Shown here in pieces: positions 38,210-48,453 of a stretch of 64,000 nt of DNA (position 1 is its first letter; each line of letters starts with the position of its first letter). The translations under genes and the position numbers were made by a program. Origin of the DNA: Bosea sp. (in: a-proteobacteria) (GTDB taxonomy: Bacteria > Pseudomonadota > Alphaproteobacteria > Rhizobiales > Beijerinckiaceae); NCBI GenBank assembly GCA_031412095.1, contig JANOCI010000015.1:22636-86635 (forward strand), given 5' to 3'. Below the pieces are notes generated by a model that saw nothing but the letters and a program-made list of their open reading frames with translations, was not told the origin of the DNA and did no database searches.

Positions 38210-38278
38210 CCCGCTTTCGTGCTAACCTTCCAGCAAGCAACAAGAAGCGCCCGCCGGGGCGTGCCTATCGGAGGTTAC

Positions 38279-39595
38279 ATGAGCAATTTTCGCAATCTGG
38301 CGGCAGTGTCCGCCTTCGTCATGTCGGCTGCCGCAGCGCAGGCGCAGACAGAGATACAGTGGTGGCACGCGATGACGGGCGCCAACAACGACGTCATCGT
38401 CAAGCTTGCCGAGGACTTCAACGCCACGCAGAAGGACTACAAGATCGTTCCGGCTTACAAGGGCTCGTATGCGGACACGCTGAACGCCGGCATCGCGGCC
38501 TTCCGCGCAGGCCAGGCCCCGCACATCATGCAGGTCTTCGAAGTCGGGACCGCGACCATGATGGGCGCCAAGGGCGCCGTGAAGCCCGTGCAGGACATGA
38601 TGAAGGAAGCCGGCGAAACATTCGATCCGAAGTCCTACCTGCCCGCCATCACCGGCTATTACTCGACCGTGAAGGGCGACATGCTGTCTTTCCCGTTCAA
38701 TTCATCGTCGGCCGTGATGTGGTACAACAAAGACGCCTTCAAGAAGGCGGGCCTCAACCCTGACGCGCCGCCGAAGACCTGGCCGGAAGTGTTCGACGCC
38801 GCGCGGAAGCTCAAGACGGCCGGCTGGGACAAGTGCGGCTTCTCGACCGCCTGGATCACCTGGCTGAACGTCGAGCAGCTCGGCGCATGGCACAACACGC
38901 CGATCGGCACGAAGGCCAACGGCATGGAGGGCTTCGACACCACGCTGCAGATCAACGCGCCGCTCTATGTCAATCACCTGACGAACCTGGCCAATCTGCA
39001 GAAGGAGGGCGTGTTCTCCTATTCAGGACGCACGAACACCGGCGAAGGCCGCTTCACCTCGGGCGAATGCCCGATCTTCATGACCTCGTCGGCATTCTTC
39101 GGCAACGTGCGGGCCAACGCGAAGTTCGAGTGGGCCAACGCGCCTATGCCGTATTATCCCGAGGTCGCGGGCGCACCGCAGAACTCGATCATCGGCGGCG
39201 CTTCGCTCTGGGTCATGGGCGGAAAGTCAGCGGCCGAGTACACGGGCGTCGCGAAGTTCTTCACCTTCCTGTCGGACGTCGACCGGCAGGTGAAGCTGCA
39301 CACCGAGAGCGGCTACCTGCCGATCACCAGGGCCGCCTACGCGAAGGTGAAGGATTCAGGGTTCTACAAGGACAAGCCCTTCCTCGAGACGCCGCTGCTG
39401 CAGCTCAACAACAAGGAGCCAACGGACAACTCGCGCGGCCTGCGCTTCGGCAACCTGGTCCAGATCCGCGACATCTGGTCCGAGGAGATCGAGGCCGCCC
39501 TCAACGGCCAGAAGGCACCGAAAGCGGCGCTCGATGCAGCCGTCGAACGCGGCAACGCCGTTCTGCGCCAGTTCGAGCGGACGGTGACGCGCTGA
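38279..39595 (+). CDS. ugpB: sn-glycerol-3-phosphate ABC transporter substrate-binding protein
   Basis: ATG 38279 preceded by GGAGG. Signal peptide (AAVSAFVMSAAAAQAQ). TEIQWWHAMTGANN...APHIMQVFEVGTATMM... is typical UgpB. Confidence 0.9.
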   Translation: MSNFRNLAAVSAFVMSAAAAQAQTEIQWWHAMTGANNDVIVKLAEDFNATQKDYKIVPAYKGSYADTLNAGIAAFRAGQAPHIMQVFEVGTATMMGAKGAVKPVQDMMKEAGETFDPKSYLPAITGYYSTVKGDMLSFPFNSSSAVMWYNKDAFKKAGLNPDAPPKTWPEVFDAARKLKTAGWDKCGFSTAWITWLNVEQLGAWHNTPIGTKANGMEGFDTTLQINAPLYVNHLTNLANLQKEGVFSYSGRTNTGEGRFTSGECPIFMTSSAFFGNVRANAKFEWANAPMPYYPEVAGAPQNSIIGGASLWVMGGKSAAEYTGVAKFFTFLSDVDRQVKLHTESGYLPITRAAYAKVKDSGFYKDKPFLETPLLQLNNKEPTDNSRGLRFGNLVQIRDIWSEEIEAALNGQKAPKAALDAAVERGNAVLRQFERTVTR

Positions 39596-39623
39596 GAGCG
39601 CGGCGACCGGGGGATCGGCAGTT

Positions 39624-39641
39624 GGCGATGTGGGCATCGCC
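39624..39641 (+). repeat. intercistronic hairpin after ugpB (7-bp stem, 4-nt loop)
   Basis: GGCGATG-tggg-CATCGCC at 39624-39641 in the 136-nt ugpB-ugpA spacer. Confidence 0.35.
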
Positions 39642-39731
39642 CTCCAGCCTTGCCGGAGCCTGCACGTGCATCCCGCAATGGATGCGCCTGCCAGGCCCCG
39701 GCTGCCGGCCTCCCGCCGCTGAACGAGCGTC

Positions 39732-40613
39732 ATGAACAAGACCGCCACCTTCAAGGGCTACCTGATCCCGGCCATGCTGCTGCTGCCGCAGCTCGCCATC
39801 ACGGTGGTGTTCTTCTACTGGCCGGCGAGCCAGGCGGTCTGGCAGTCTTTCCTCGTGCAGGACGCCTTCGGGACCTCGACCGAATTCGTCTGGTTCGAGA
39901 ACTACAAGGAGCTGTTCAGCAAGCCGGATTACTACAAGGCTCTGTGGAACACGCTGGTGTTCTCGACCCTCGTGACCAGCCTGTCGCTGTCGATCGCGCT
40001 GCTGCTCGCCGTGATGGCCGACCGGCACATCAGAGGCCACCAGATCTTCACGACGCTGCTGATCTGGCCTTATGCCGTCGCGCCGGCCATCGCGGGCGTC
40101 CTCTGGATGTTCATGTTCAACCCCTCGCTCGGCATCATGGCCAAGGGCCTGCGCAACATGGGGTATGACTGGAATCCGCTGCTCAACGGCAACCAGGCCA
40201 TGAGCCTCGTGGTCATGGCCGCCGTCTGGAAGCAGATCAGCTACAACTTCCTGTTCTTCCTCGCCGGGCTGCAGGCGATCCCCAAAAGCGTGATCGAAGC
40301 GGCCACGATCGACGGCGCGAAGGCCATGCGGCGCTTCTGGACGATCATCTTCCCGCTCCTGTCGCCCACCACGTTCTTCCTGCTGGTCGTCAACATCGTC
40401 TACGTGTTCTTCGACACGTTCGGCATCATCGACACGATCACCGGCGGCGGGCCGTCAAAGGCGACGGAGACGCTGGTCTACAAGGTCTATTCGGACGGCA
40501 AGGGAGGGGCGGATCTCGGCGGCTCGGCGGCGCAGTCGGTGGTGCTGCTCGGCATCGTGGTGTGCCTGACGGCGATCCAGTTCCGCTACATCGAACGGAA
40601 GGTCACCTATTGA
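39732..40613 (+). CDS. ugpA: sn-glycerol-3-phosphate ABC transporter permease
   Basis: 293 aa, 6 TM, with the EAA-loop region ([26 protein letters not shown]). Confidence 0.9.
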   Translation: MNKTATFKGYLIPAMLLLPQLAITVVFFYWPASQAVWQSFLVQDAFGTSTEFVWFENYKELFSKPDYYKALWNTLVFSTLVTSLSLSIALLLAVMADRHIRGHQIFTTLLIWPYAVAPAIAGVLWMFMFNPSLGIMAKGLRNMGYDWNPLLNGNQAMSLVVMAAVWKQISYNFLFFLAGLQAIPKSVIEAATIDGAKAMRRFWTIIFPLLSPTTFFLLVVNIVYVFFDTFGIIDTITGGGPSKATETLVYKVYSDGKGGADLGGSAAQSVVLLGIVVCLTAIQFRYIERKVTY

Positions 40614-41176
40614 TGGATCTTCCCCGATTGCTCCGCACCTTAGCCTTCAGTGCCTGCCTCATGGCTCCGCTCGTCCTGCCTTCGGCTGCATCGGCGCAGA
40701 CGCCCGCGCCTCCTGCCGCGCTGCCGAAGGCCACGATCGAAAACTTCACCGGCTTCCTGTTCTTCTGCAGCTCGGTGGCGAGCCTGGGCTGGACGCAGGC
40801 CTGGTGCGAGGCCATGAAGACGGAGATGGCGGCCCAGGCGGCAGGCGCCGGCCGGGCCGTCGTGCTGCTGAATACGGGCGACGTACGCGCCAGGCATGAC
40901 GAACTGGCCAGGGCGGCGGGGTTTGATCCAAAGCATGCGCTCTGGGTCTTGCTGACGCTCAAGCCTCGCACCACGGCCCCGGCGGGCTTCGATCTCGACA
41001 TAAGGGCCGACGGCATCGCCGCAGGGCAGCCTCCGGCGGCTCCCTCGCAGACGACGACCTTCAGCAAATCGGAAATCCTCGGCGCCGGCATCGCGCCGGA
41101 CGAGGCGGCGGCCAGGGGCAAGCGCATCATGGGCACGATCATGAGCGCGCTGACGACGCCGATGAGGCCGCTGTGA
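40613..41176 (+). CDS. hypothetical secreted protein inserted between ugpA and ugpE
   Basis: 187 aa. The ATG overlaps the ugpA TGA (TGATG). Sec signal [28 protein letters not shown]|Q. Exactly fills the 585-nt gap before ugpE. No family recognised. Confidence 0.6.
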   Translation: MDLPRLLRTLAFSACLMAPLVLPSAASAQTPAPPAALPKATIENFTGFLFFCSSVASLGWTQAWCEAMKTEMAAQAAGAGRAVVLLNTGDVRARHDELARAAGFDPKHALWVLLTLKPRTTAPAGFDLDIRADGIAAGQPPAAPSQTTTFSKSEILGAGIAPDEAAARGKRIMGTIMSALTTPMRPL

Positions 41177-41197
41177 TGGCCAAGAAGCAGACAGCGC

Positions 41198-42046
41198 ATG
41201 GTTGAGAACCGCACGTTCGGCGACAGGATCGCCTATGTCATCCTCAGCATCGGCGTTCTGATCGTGGCGTTTCCGGTTTACCTGACCTTCGTCGCCTCGA
41301 CATGGGACGCTTCGACGATCATAAACGGCCAGATGCCGCTTTATCCCGGCCCGTTCTTCGCCGAGAACTACTACCGGACGCTGTTCATCGGCACGTCGGG
41401 CACGACGCGCGAGCCGGTGATCAACATGATGATCAACTCCTTCATCATGGCGATGGCCATCGCGCTGGGGAAGATCTTCATCTCGGTGCTCTCGGCCTAT
41501 GCCGTCGTGTATTTCCGCTTTCCGTTCCGGATGACGGCCTTCTGGCTGATCTTCATCACGCTGATGCTGCCGGTCGAGGTGCGCATCTTCCCGACCTTCA
41601 AGGTCGTGGCCGACATCGGCTTCCTTGACACCTACCAGGGCCTCGCCGTGCCGCTGATCGCCTCGGCGACGGGCACGCTGCTGTTCCGCCAGTTCTTCAT
41701 GACCATCCCCGACGAGTTGCTCGAAGCCTCGAAGATCGACGGGGCAGGCCCGTTCCGCTTCTTCAAGGACACCGTGCTGCCGCTCTCGATGACGACGGTG
41801 GCGGCTCTGTTCGTGATCCAGTTCATCTACGGCTGGAACCAGTATCTCTGGCCGCTGCTCATCACCACGAAGGACTCGATGCAGACCATCGTGATCGGCA
41901 TCAAGAAGATGATCGTGACGGCGGACGCGCTTACCGAATGGCAGCTGGCGATGACCACCGCCGTGCTGGCCATGCTGCCGCCGGTCGCCGTGGTGATCCT
42001 GATGCAGCGCCTGTTCGTCAAGGGTCTGGTGGATCAGGAAAAGTGA
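41198..42046 (+). CDS. ugpE: sn-glycerol-3-phosphate ABC transporter permease
   Basis: 282 aa. N-terminus MVENRTFGDRIAYVILSIGVLIVAFPVY parallels E. coli UgpE. EAA loop (ELLEASKIDGAGPFRFFKDTVLPLS). Confidence 0.9.
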   Translation: MVENRTFGDRIAYVILSIGVLIVAFPVYLTFVASTWDASTIINGQMPLYPGPFFAENYYRTLFIGTSGTTREPVINMMINSFIMAMAIALGKIFISVLSAYAVVYFRFPFRMTAFWLIFITLMLPVEVRIFPTFKVVADIGFLDTYQGLAVPLIASATGTLLFRQFFMTIPDELLEASKIDGAGPFRFFKDTVLPLSMTTVAALFVIQFIYGWNQYLWPLLITTKDSMQTIVIGIKKMIVTADALTEWQLAMTTAVLAMLPPVAVVILMQRLFVKGLVDQEK

Positions 42047-42076
42047 TGCCGCCTGCCTCTCATCCGGATTGCCCCC

Positions 42077-43144
<1,068 letters not shown>

Positions 43145-43186
43145 GGCGGCTCCTGCCACATCAACGGCGACATGATCTGGACGTGC

Positions 43187-43232
43187 GCGCCCTGACGACC
43201 TAGTCATGCCGTAAGGCTTCAGTTCAGGGCGC
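43187..43232. repeat. 9-bp perfect inverted repeat flanking 28 nt immediately upstream of the lyase ATG
   Basis: GCGCCCTGA (43187-43195) and TCAGGGCGC (43224-43232). The right arm ends 6 nt before ATG 43239. Confidence 0.35.
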
Positions 43233-43238
43233 ACTTCC

Positions 43239-44867
43239 ATGACCATCACGATCGACGGCATCAAGCTCACCGCGGACAAGGTCTTGCGGGTGGCGAGGCC
43301 GAATGCCGCCGGCCGCTTCGAGAAGGCACGGCTCGACCCAAAGGCCCGCGCCGGCATCGTCGCCGCGCGCGCCTACATCGACGCCAACTTCATGCGCGAC
43401 GATGCGCCGTTCATGTATTCGTTCAACACCGGCGTCGGCCTTTTCAAGGACCAGCGCGTGATGATGAGCGAAATGGCCGATTACCAGCGCCGCACGGTCT
43501 ATGCCCATGCCACCGGCATCGGCGAGCCGCTGCCCGAAGACGCCGTGCGCGCCACGATGCTGCTGCGCGCCAACGCCTTCGCCTCGAATTATTCGGGTCC
43601 GCGCATCGAGGTCGTCGACCGGCTGCTGGATTGCCTGAACGCCGGGCTGCACCCCGTCATCCCCGCGAAGGGCTCGGTCGGCGCTTCCGGCGACCTCGCG
43701 CCGCTGGCCCACATGTCGGGCGCCATCTGCGGCTTCGAGGAGGCCGAGATGTTCTACAGGGGCAAACGCATGCCGGCGCAAGCGGCCTTGAGGAAGGCGG
43801 GGCTGAGCGAGACGTTCGAACTCTCGGCCAAGGATGCGTCGGCGCTGATCAACGGTTCGACGGTTTCGCTGGCGCTGGCCGTGCTGGCGATGGAGGACGC
43901 GAGGCGCGTGCTCAAGACCGCCGACATCGCGCTCGCCATGTCGCTGGAATGCCTGAGGGGCGAGCTCGCCGCCTTCGATCCGCGCGTGCACAAGGCGCGG
44001 CCCCATCCCGGCCAGGCCGCAACAGCACGCAACCTCATCAAGATCGCGGGCGATTCCGAAAGATGCTCGGAAGCCGCGCGCCTCACGGTCTTTCCCGAGG
44101 AGAGCCGCGCGCCCGGCGTGACGCCGCCGCCCAGGGTGCAGGACGTCTATTCGCTGCGCTGCGCGCCGCAGGTCCATGGTCCCGTGCGCGACGCGTTGGC
44201 CTATATCGGGGACGTGATCGGCCGGGAGATCAACTCCGCGACCGACAATCCGCTGATCTTCGACACAGGCGATGGCTATGCCTGCATCTCGGCCGGGCAC
44301 TTCCATGGACAGTATGTGGCGCAGGCGATGGACCTGCTGTCCATCGCGATGGCGGATCTAGGCTCGATCTCGGAACGCAGGCTGGCGCGCCTCGTCGATC
44401 CCACCATGTCGTACGGGCTGCCCCGCAACCTTCTGGCCGGCAAGAAGGGCCTCAACACCGGATATGCGACGGTGCAATGCTCGATGTCGGCGCTGGTCAT
44501 GGAGAACCGCACGCTTTCGATGCCCGGATCGGTGGATTCGATCCCCGGCAAGTCGAATGCGGAGGATCATGTCTCCAACTCCACGTGGTGCGCGCGGAAG
44601 GCCCGGACCATCGTCGAGAACGTCGAGCAGATCGTGGCGGGCGAACTTTTGATGTCTGCCCAGGCTCTGTCGCTCGTCGCCGATGTCGCCAAGGACCACC
44701 CCATCGGCAGCGGCACACAGGCGGCTCTCTCCGCGATCCGGAGCGTCATCGCGCCGTCCCTGTCCGGCGACCGCTGGTACCAGACCGAGATGCTGGCGGC
44801 GCTGGACCTCGTGAAGGCTGGCGCGGTGATCAGCGCCGTGGAGGCTGTGACGGGCCGCCTTGAATGA
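43239..44867 (+). CDS. aromatic amino acid / histidine ammonia-lyase family enzyme (MIO-dependent)
   Basis: 542 aa. GSVGASGDLAPLAH contains the Ala-Ser-Gly triad that forms MIO. FNTGVG and the downstream HAL/PAL core are collinear. Confidence 0.85.
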   Translation: MTITIDGIKLTADKVLRVARPNAAGRFEKARLDPKARAGIVAARAYIDANFMRDDAPFMYSFNTGVGLFKDQRVMMSEMADYQRRTVYAHATGIGEPLPEDAVRATMLLRANAFASNYSGPRIEVVDRLLDCLNAGLHPVIPAKGSVGASGDLAPLAHMSGAICGFEEAEMFYRGKRMPAQAALRKAGLSETFELSAKDASALINGSTVSLALAVLAMEDARRVLKTADIALAMSLECLRGELAAFDPRVHKARPHPGQAATARNLIKIAGDSERCSEAARLTVFPEESRAPGVTPPPRVQDVYSLRCAPQVHGPVRDALAYIGDVIGREINSATDNPLIFDTGDGYACISAGHFHGQYVAQAMDLLSIAMADLGSISERRLARLVDPTMSYGLPRNLLAGKKGLNTGYATVQCSMSALVMENRTLSMPGSVDSIPGKSNAEDHVSNSTWCARKARTIVENVEQIVAGELLMSAQALSLVADVAKDHPIGSGTQAALSAIRSVIAPSLSGDRWYQTEMLAALDLVKAGAVISAVEAVTGRLE

Positions 44868-44895
44868 GGCGTTCGCGGATGCCCCCGCGCCAGCT

Positions 44896-46146
44896 TCATC
44901 CAAGGTCGCCATAGGAGATGAACGGCACGGCGTCCCCCGGCTTGATGCCGGGCGAGTCGTCGGCCAGTTCGATCAGGCCATCGGTTTCCGTGAGCGAGGT
45001 GAGCACCCCTGCGCCGTCGCGCGGATGCTTGGCCGCGTCGAAGCCGCCGTCGTCCCGCTGGCTGAGGCTGACGCGAACGAACTCACGGCGGCCAGCCTTC
45101 TTCTTGTAGGCGAAGGAGGACGTGACGCGGAAGCGCCGCGGCTCCTGCCATGAGCCGCCGCCAAGCCGCGCCAGCAATGGGCGGACCACGAAGGCGAAGG
45201 TGACATAGACCGCGACGGGATTGCCAGGCAGGCCGACGAAGGGCGTGCCATCGATCACGCCCATCGCCACGGGGCGGCCGGGCTTGATCGCGATGCGCCA
45301 GAACACCAGCGAGCCGATGCTCTCGACGGCCGGCTTGACGTGATCCTCCTCGCCAGTGGACACCCCTCCCGAAGTCACGATCAGGTCGCATTCCCGGGCC
45401 GCGGCTTTCAGCCGGCGCGCAAGATCATCGCGGGCATCGCGGATGATGCCGAGGTCGATGGCGTCGGCGCCCGCGCGCGCCACCAGCGCCATCAGCATGG
45501 CCCGGTTGGAATCGTAGATCGCGGCGTCGCCGAGCATGGAGCCGGGCTCCGTCAGCTCGTCGCCGGTGGAGAACACGCCGACCTTGAGGCGTGGCTTGAC
45601 GGGCAATTCCGGCAGCCCGAATGCCGCGGCCAGCGCAAGATCCTGCGGTCGCAGGCGCTGCCCGCCCCTCAGCGCAATGACGCCTGCCGCGATGTCCTCG
45701 CCGGCCGGGCGCATGTTGGCACCGGGGCCAAGGCCGGCCGGCAGCGTGACGAAATCGCCATCGACGTCGACATCCTCCTGCATGAACACCATGTCGGCAT
45801 CCTTCGGCATGGCGGCGCCGGTGAAGATGCGGACGGCTGTGCCCACCGCCAGGTCGCCGCTCGATGAGCCTGCCGCCACGCGGCCGCGCACCGGCAGCTT
45901 CGTCGCCTCCCCAGCGTCGAGATCGGCATGGCGGACGGCATATCCGTCCACCGCAGAGTTCGCGAAGGGCGGCAAGGCCACGGGAGCGATCAGGTCCGCG
46001 GCGAGGAAGCGGCCCTCGCAGGCGAGCAGCGGCAGGATTTCGCCGCCCTCCAGGGGCGCAATCCGCTCCGACATCAGCCGGGCGGCATCCTCGATGGTCA
46101 TCAACGGACCGCCGAAGGCAAAGCAGTCATCGGTGAGCTGTGCCAT
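44896..46146 (-). CDS. moeA: molybdopterin molybdotransferase
   Basis: 416 aa from ATG 46146. PPFANSAVDGYAV, IFTGAAMP, VFSTGDEL, TSGGVSTGEEDH, GLPGNPVA are MoeA motifs. Confidence 0.9.
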   Translation of the reverse strand: MAQLTDDCFAFGGPLMTIEDAARLMSERIAPLEGGEILPLLACEGRFLAADLIAPVALPPFANSAVDGYAVRHADLDAGEATKLPVRGRVAAGSSSGDLAVGTAVRIFTGAAMPKDADMVFMQEDVDVDGDFVTLPAGLGPGANMRPAGEDIAAGVIALRGGQRLRPQDLALAAAFGLPELPVKPRLKVGVFSTGDELTEPGSMLGDAAIYDSNRAMLMALVARAGADAIDLGIIRDARDDLARRLKAAARECDLIVTSGGVSTGEEDHVKPAVESIGSLVFWRIAIKPGRPVAMGVIDGTPFVGLPGNPVAVYVTFAFVVRPLLARLGGGSWQEPRRFRVTSSFAYKKKAGRREFVRVSLSQRDDGGFDAAKHPRDGAGVLTSLTETDGLIELADDSPGIKPGDAVPFISYGDLG

Positions 46147-46690
46147 CTGCGTCCTTCCGCGCGAGCTTCGCCAGAACCTGCGCAAGGGGCTCGGCAAAGG
46201 CAAGCGCCAGCCCGGCGACGGCCTCGACGTCATCAAGATCGACGACGGGTCGGCCGGCTGCCGGAAACGGCGTGTCCGACGCGACCGCGACGATGCTTGG
46301 GTCGCCGGCATGCAGAGGCGGCTTGCCATTGGCGGCACGGTGCACCTCGAACTTGAGATGCGCCTCGCTCTTGAAGCCTTCCACGATGATGAGATCGATT
46401 GGCGAGAGCCTGGGCAGCAGATCGGCGAGGCGCGGTTCGGGCTCGCTGCGCAGTTCGTGCATCAGCGCCCAGCGCCGGCCAGACGACACGAGGACTTCGG
46501 ACGCGCCGGCCAGGCGGTGATTGTGCGAATCCTTGCCTGGCGCATCGACGTCGAAGGCATGATGCGCGTGCTTCAGCGTGGAGACACCGACGCCGCGGCT
46601 GACCAGAAGCGGGATGAGCCTGCCGAGGAGGGTCGTCTTGCCCGCTCCGCTCCAGCCTGCGAGGCCTATCACACGTGTCATAGAGACCAT
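46127..46690 (-). CDS. mobB: molybdopterin-guanine dinucleotide biosynthesis adaptor MobB
   Basis: P-loop VIGLAGWSGAGKTTLL, then ...STLKHAHH.FDVD.PGKDS... Start ATG 46690 or 46681. 20-nt overlap with moeA. Confidence 0.85.
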   Translation of the reverse strand: MVSMTRVIGLAGWSGAGKTTLLGRLIPLLVSRGVGVSTLKHAHHAFDVDAPGKDSHNHRLAGASEVLVSSGRRWALMHELRSEPEPRLADLLPRLSPIDLIIVEGFKSEAHLKFEVHRAANGKPPLHAGDPSIVAVASDTPFPAAGRPVVDLDDVEAVAGLALAFAEPLAQVLAKLARKDADGTAHR

Positions 46691-46760
46691 CCGTTCACGC
46701 ATGAAGCCGGGCGCTTCCGCGCCCGGCAACCGTGCCTTCCAACCGGCGTTGAAGTGGAGG

Positions 46761-47771
46761 CTATTCGGCGGCCTGAAGGGTGCCAGGCATGACGCCCTTC
46801 TTCATTTCGTCGGACACCCAGAGCCCATGATGCTCGCGCGCCCAGTTGAGGTCGACCTCTCCCGATCCCATCGCATCGAAAGCGCCTTCCATGCCGATCG
46901 ATCCGATATAGGCATGGGCCAGCATCGCGCCGATCAGAACCATGCTGACCACCCCATGGACGACGTTCCAGAACTGAAGGTTGATGACCCCGCCTGCGGT
47001 GTAGGGAAACAGGAGATACCAGCCCGACACGGACAAGGCCGCGCCGCCGAGGATGACCGACCAGAACACCAGCTTCTGGCCTCCGTTGAAGCGCTTCGAC
47101 TCAGGATGGCCCTTGCCGATGAGGCCGCCGCCCTGCACGAACCAGCGCACGTCGATCATGCCGGGAATGTTGTCCCGGACCCAGACCAGGAACATCAGGG
47201 CCAGGCCGATCATGAAGGGAAACGCGAGGTAGTTGTGCGCGTATTTGCCGACCTGGGCGAAATTGGAGAAGGCCACCTCGCCGACGAGCGGGATGAGCAG
47301 CGTCTTGCCGAACGTGACGTTCAGGCCGCTGACCGCCAGGATGATGAAGCAGGTCGCCGTCGTCCAGTGAATGAAGCGCTCGATGGCCCCGAAGCGCGTG
47401 ATCGTCTGGTTCGAGCGCCCGGATTCGATCTTGATCGGGCCACGGGTGAAGAAGAAGACGGCCAGCAATCCGAGCATGCCCAGGATCGCGACGGCGCCGA
47501 TGAGATGCATCGTTCCCTGGTGGAACTCGCGCCATTCGCGTCCGGCTGGCCGGATGAGCGTCGAGGCCTTGGCGTCCGGGATGGTGATGCGTCCGCTGAC
47601 CTCCTGCCCCGCGCCGGGCCTCAGCGCATTGAGCAATTGCTCCTCGCTGACGGCGCTGGCCGTGGGATTGATCGGCGCGCCTTGCTGCGCGACGGACGGC
47701 TGCGCAAGGCCAAGCGCGAAAACCAGGGCGACGAGGCCCATGACCGAACGAATGGAACTGATGAGACTCAT
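46761..47771 (-). CDS. fdoI: formate dehydrogenase gamma (cytochrome b) subunit, long form with N-terminal periplasmic extension
   Basis: ATG 47771 preceded by GGAGGG. Signal-like N-terminus, then 4 TM with heme-ligand His residues (RFIHWTTA..., AHNYLAFP..., NVVHGV..., HAYIG). The track start 47987 overlaps fdoH. Confidence 0.82.
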   Translation of the reverse strand: MSLISSIRSVMGLVALVFALGLAQPSVAQQGAPINPTASAVSEEQLLNALRPGAGQEVSGRITIPDAKASTLIRPAGREWREFHQGTMHLIGAVAILGMLGLLAVFFFTRGPIKIESGRSNQTITRFGAIERFIHWTTATCFIILAVSGLNVTFGKTLLIPLVGEVAFSNFAQVGKYAHNYLAFPFMIGLALMFLVWVRDNIPGMIDVRWFVQGGGLIGKGHPESKRFNGGQKLVFWSVILGGAALSVSGWYLLFPYTAGGVINLQFWNVVHGVVSMVLIGAMLAHAYIGSIGMEGAFDAMGSGEVDLNWAREHHGLWVSDEMKKGVMPGTLQAAE

Positions 47772-47812
47772 GGTCCCTCCGGAAAATGTTGTTTCTTGGA
47801 GCCAGACGGGCC

Positions 47813-47829
47813 GCCGCCAGGCTGGCGGC
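47813..47829. repeat. intercistronic palindrome between FDH beta and gamma genes
   Basis: GCCGCCAG-g-CTGGCGGC at 47813-47829. Confidence 0.3.
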
Positions 47830-47839
47830 TCCATCAGGC

Positions 47840-48436
47840 TCAGATCGCGACGGTTTCCTTGTAGGCCGTCTTCCAGCCCCAGGCGCCCGAGCCATAGCCA
47901 CGCTTGACCACGCGCTCCTTGTAGATCTTGGCGATGATGTCGCCATCGCCGGCCAGAAGCGACTTCGTGGAGCACATCTCGGCGCAAAGCGGCAGCTTGC
48001 CTTCCGCGAGACGGTTGGAGCCATACTTCTGGAATTCGGCCGGCGACAGGTCAGCCTCGGGGCCGCCCGCGCAGAACGTGCACTTGTCCATCTTGCCGCG
48101 CGAGCCGAAGTTTCCGACCTTCGGATATTGCGGCGCGCCGAACGGGCAGGCGTAGAAGCAGTAGCCGCAGCCGATGCATAGATCCTTGGAGTGCAGCACC
48201 ACCTTGTCGACCGTCACGTAGAAGCAATCCACAGGACACACAGCGGCGCAAGGCGCGTCGGTGCAGTGCATGCAGGCCATCGAGATCGAGCGCTCGCCGG
48301 GCTTGCCGTCGTTGATGGTGACGACGCGGCGGCGATTGATGCCCCAAGGGACGTCGTTCTCGTTCTTGCAGGCTGTGACGCAGGCGTTGCATTCGATGCA
48401 GCGGTCAGCGTCACAAAGGAATTTCATGCGAGCCAT
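47840..48436 (-). CDS. fdoH: formate dehydrogenase beta (4x[4Fe-4S]) subunit
   Basis: MARMKFLCDADRCIECNACVTAC..., CMHCTDAPCAAVCP, CIGCGYCFYACPFGAP. ATG 48436 has GAGGAG upstream; the track start 48457 is a TTG. Confidence 0.88.
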   Translation of the reverse strand: MARMKFLCDADRCIECNACVTACKNENDVPWGINRRRVVTINDGKPGERSISMACMHCTDAPCAAVCPVDCFYVTVDKVVLHSKDLCIGCGYCFYACPFGAPQYPKVGNFGSRGKMDKCTFCAGGPEADLSPAEFQKYGSNRLAEGKLPLCAEMCSTKSLLAGDGDIIAKIYKERVVKRGYGSGAWGWKTAYKETVAI

Positions 48437-48453
48437 TGTTCTGTTCTCCTCGC

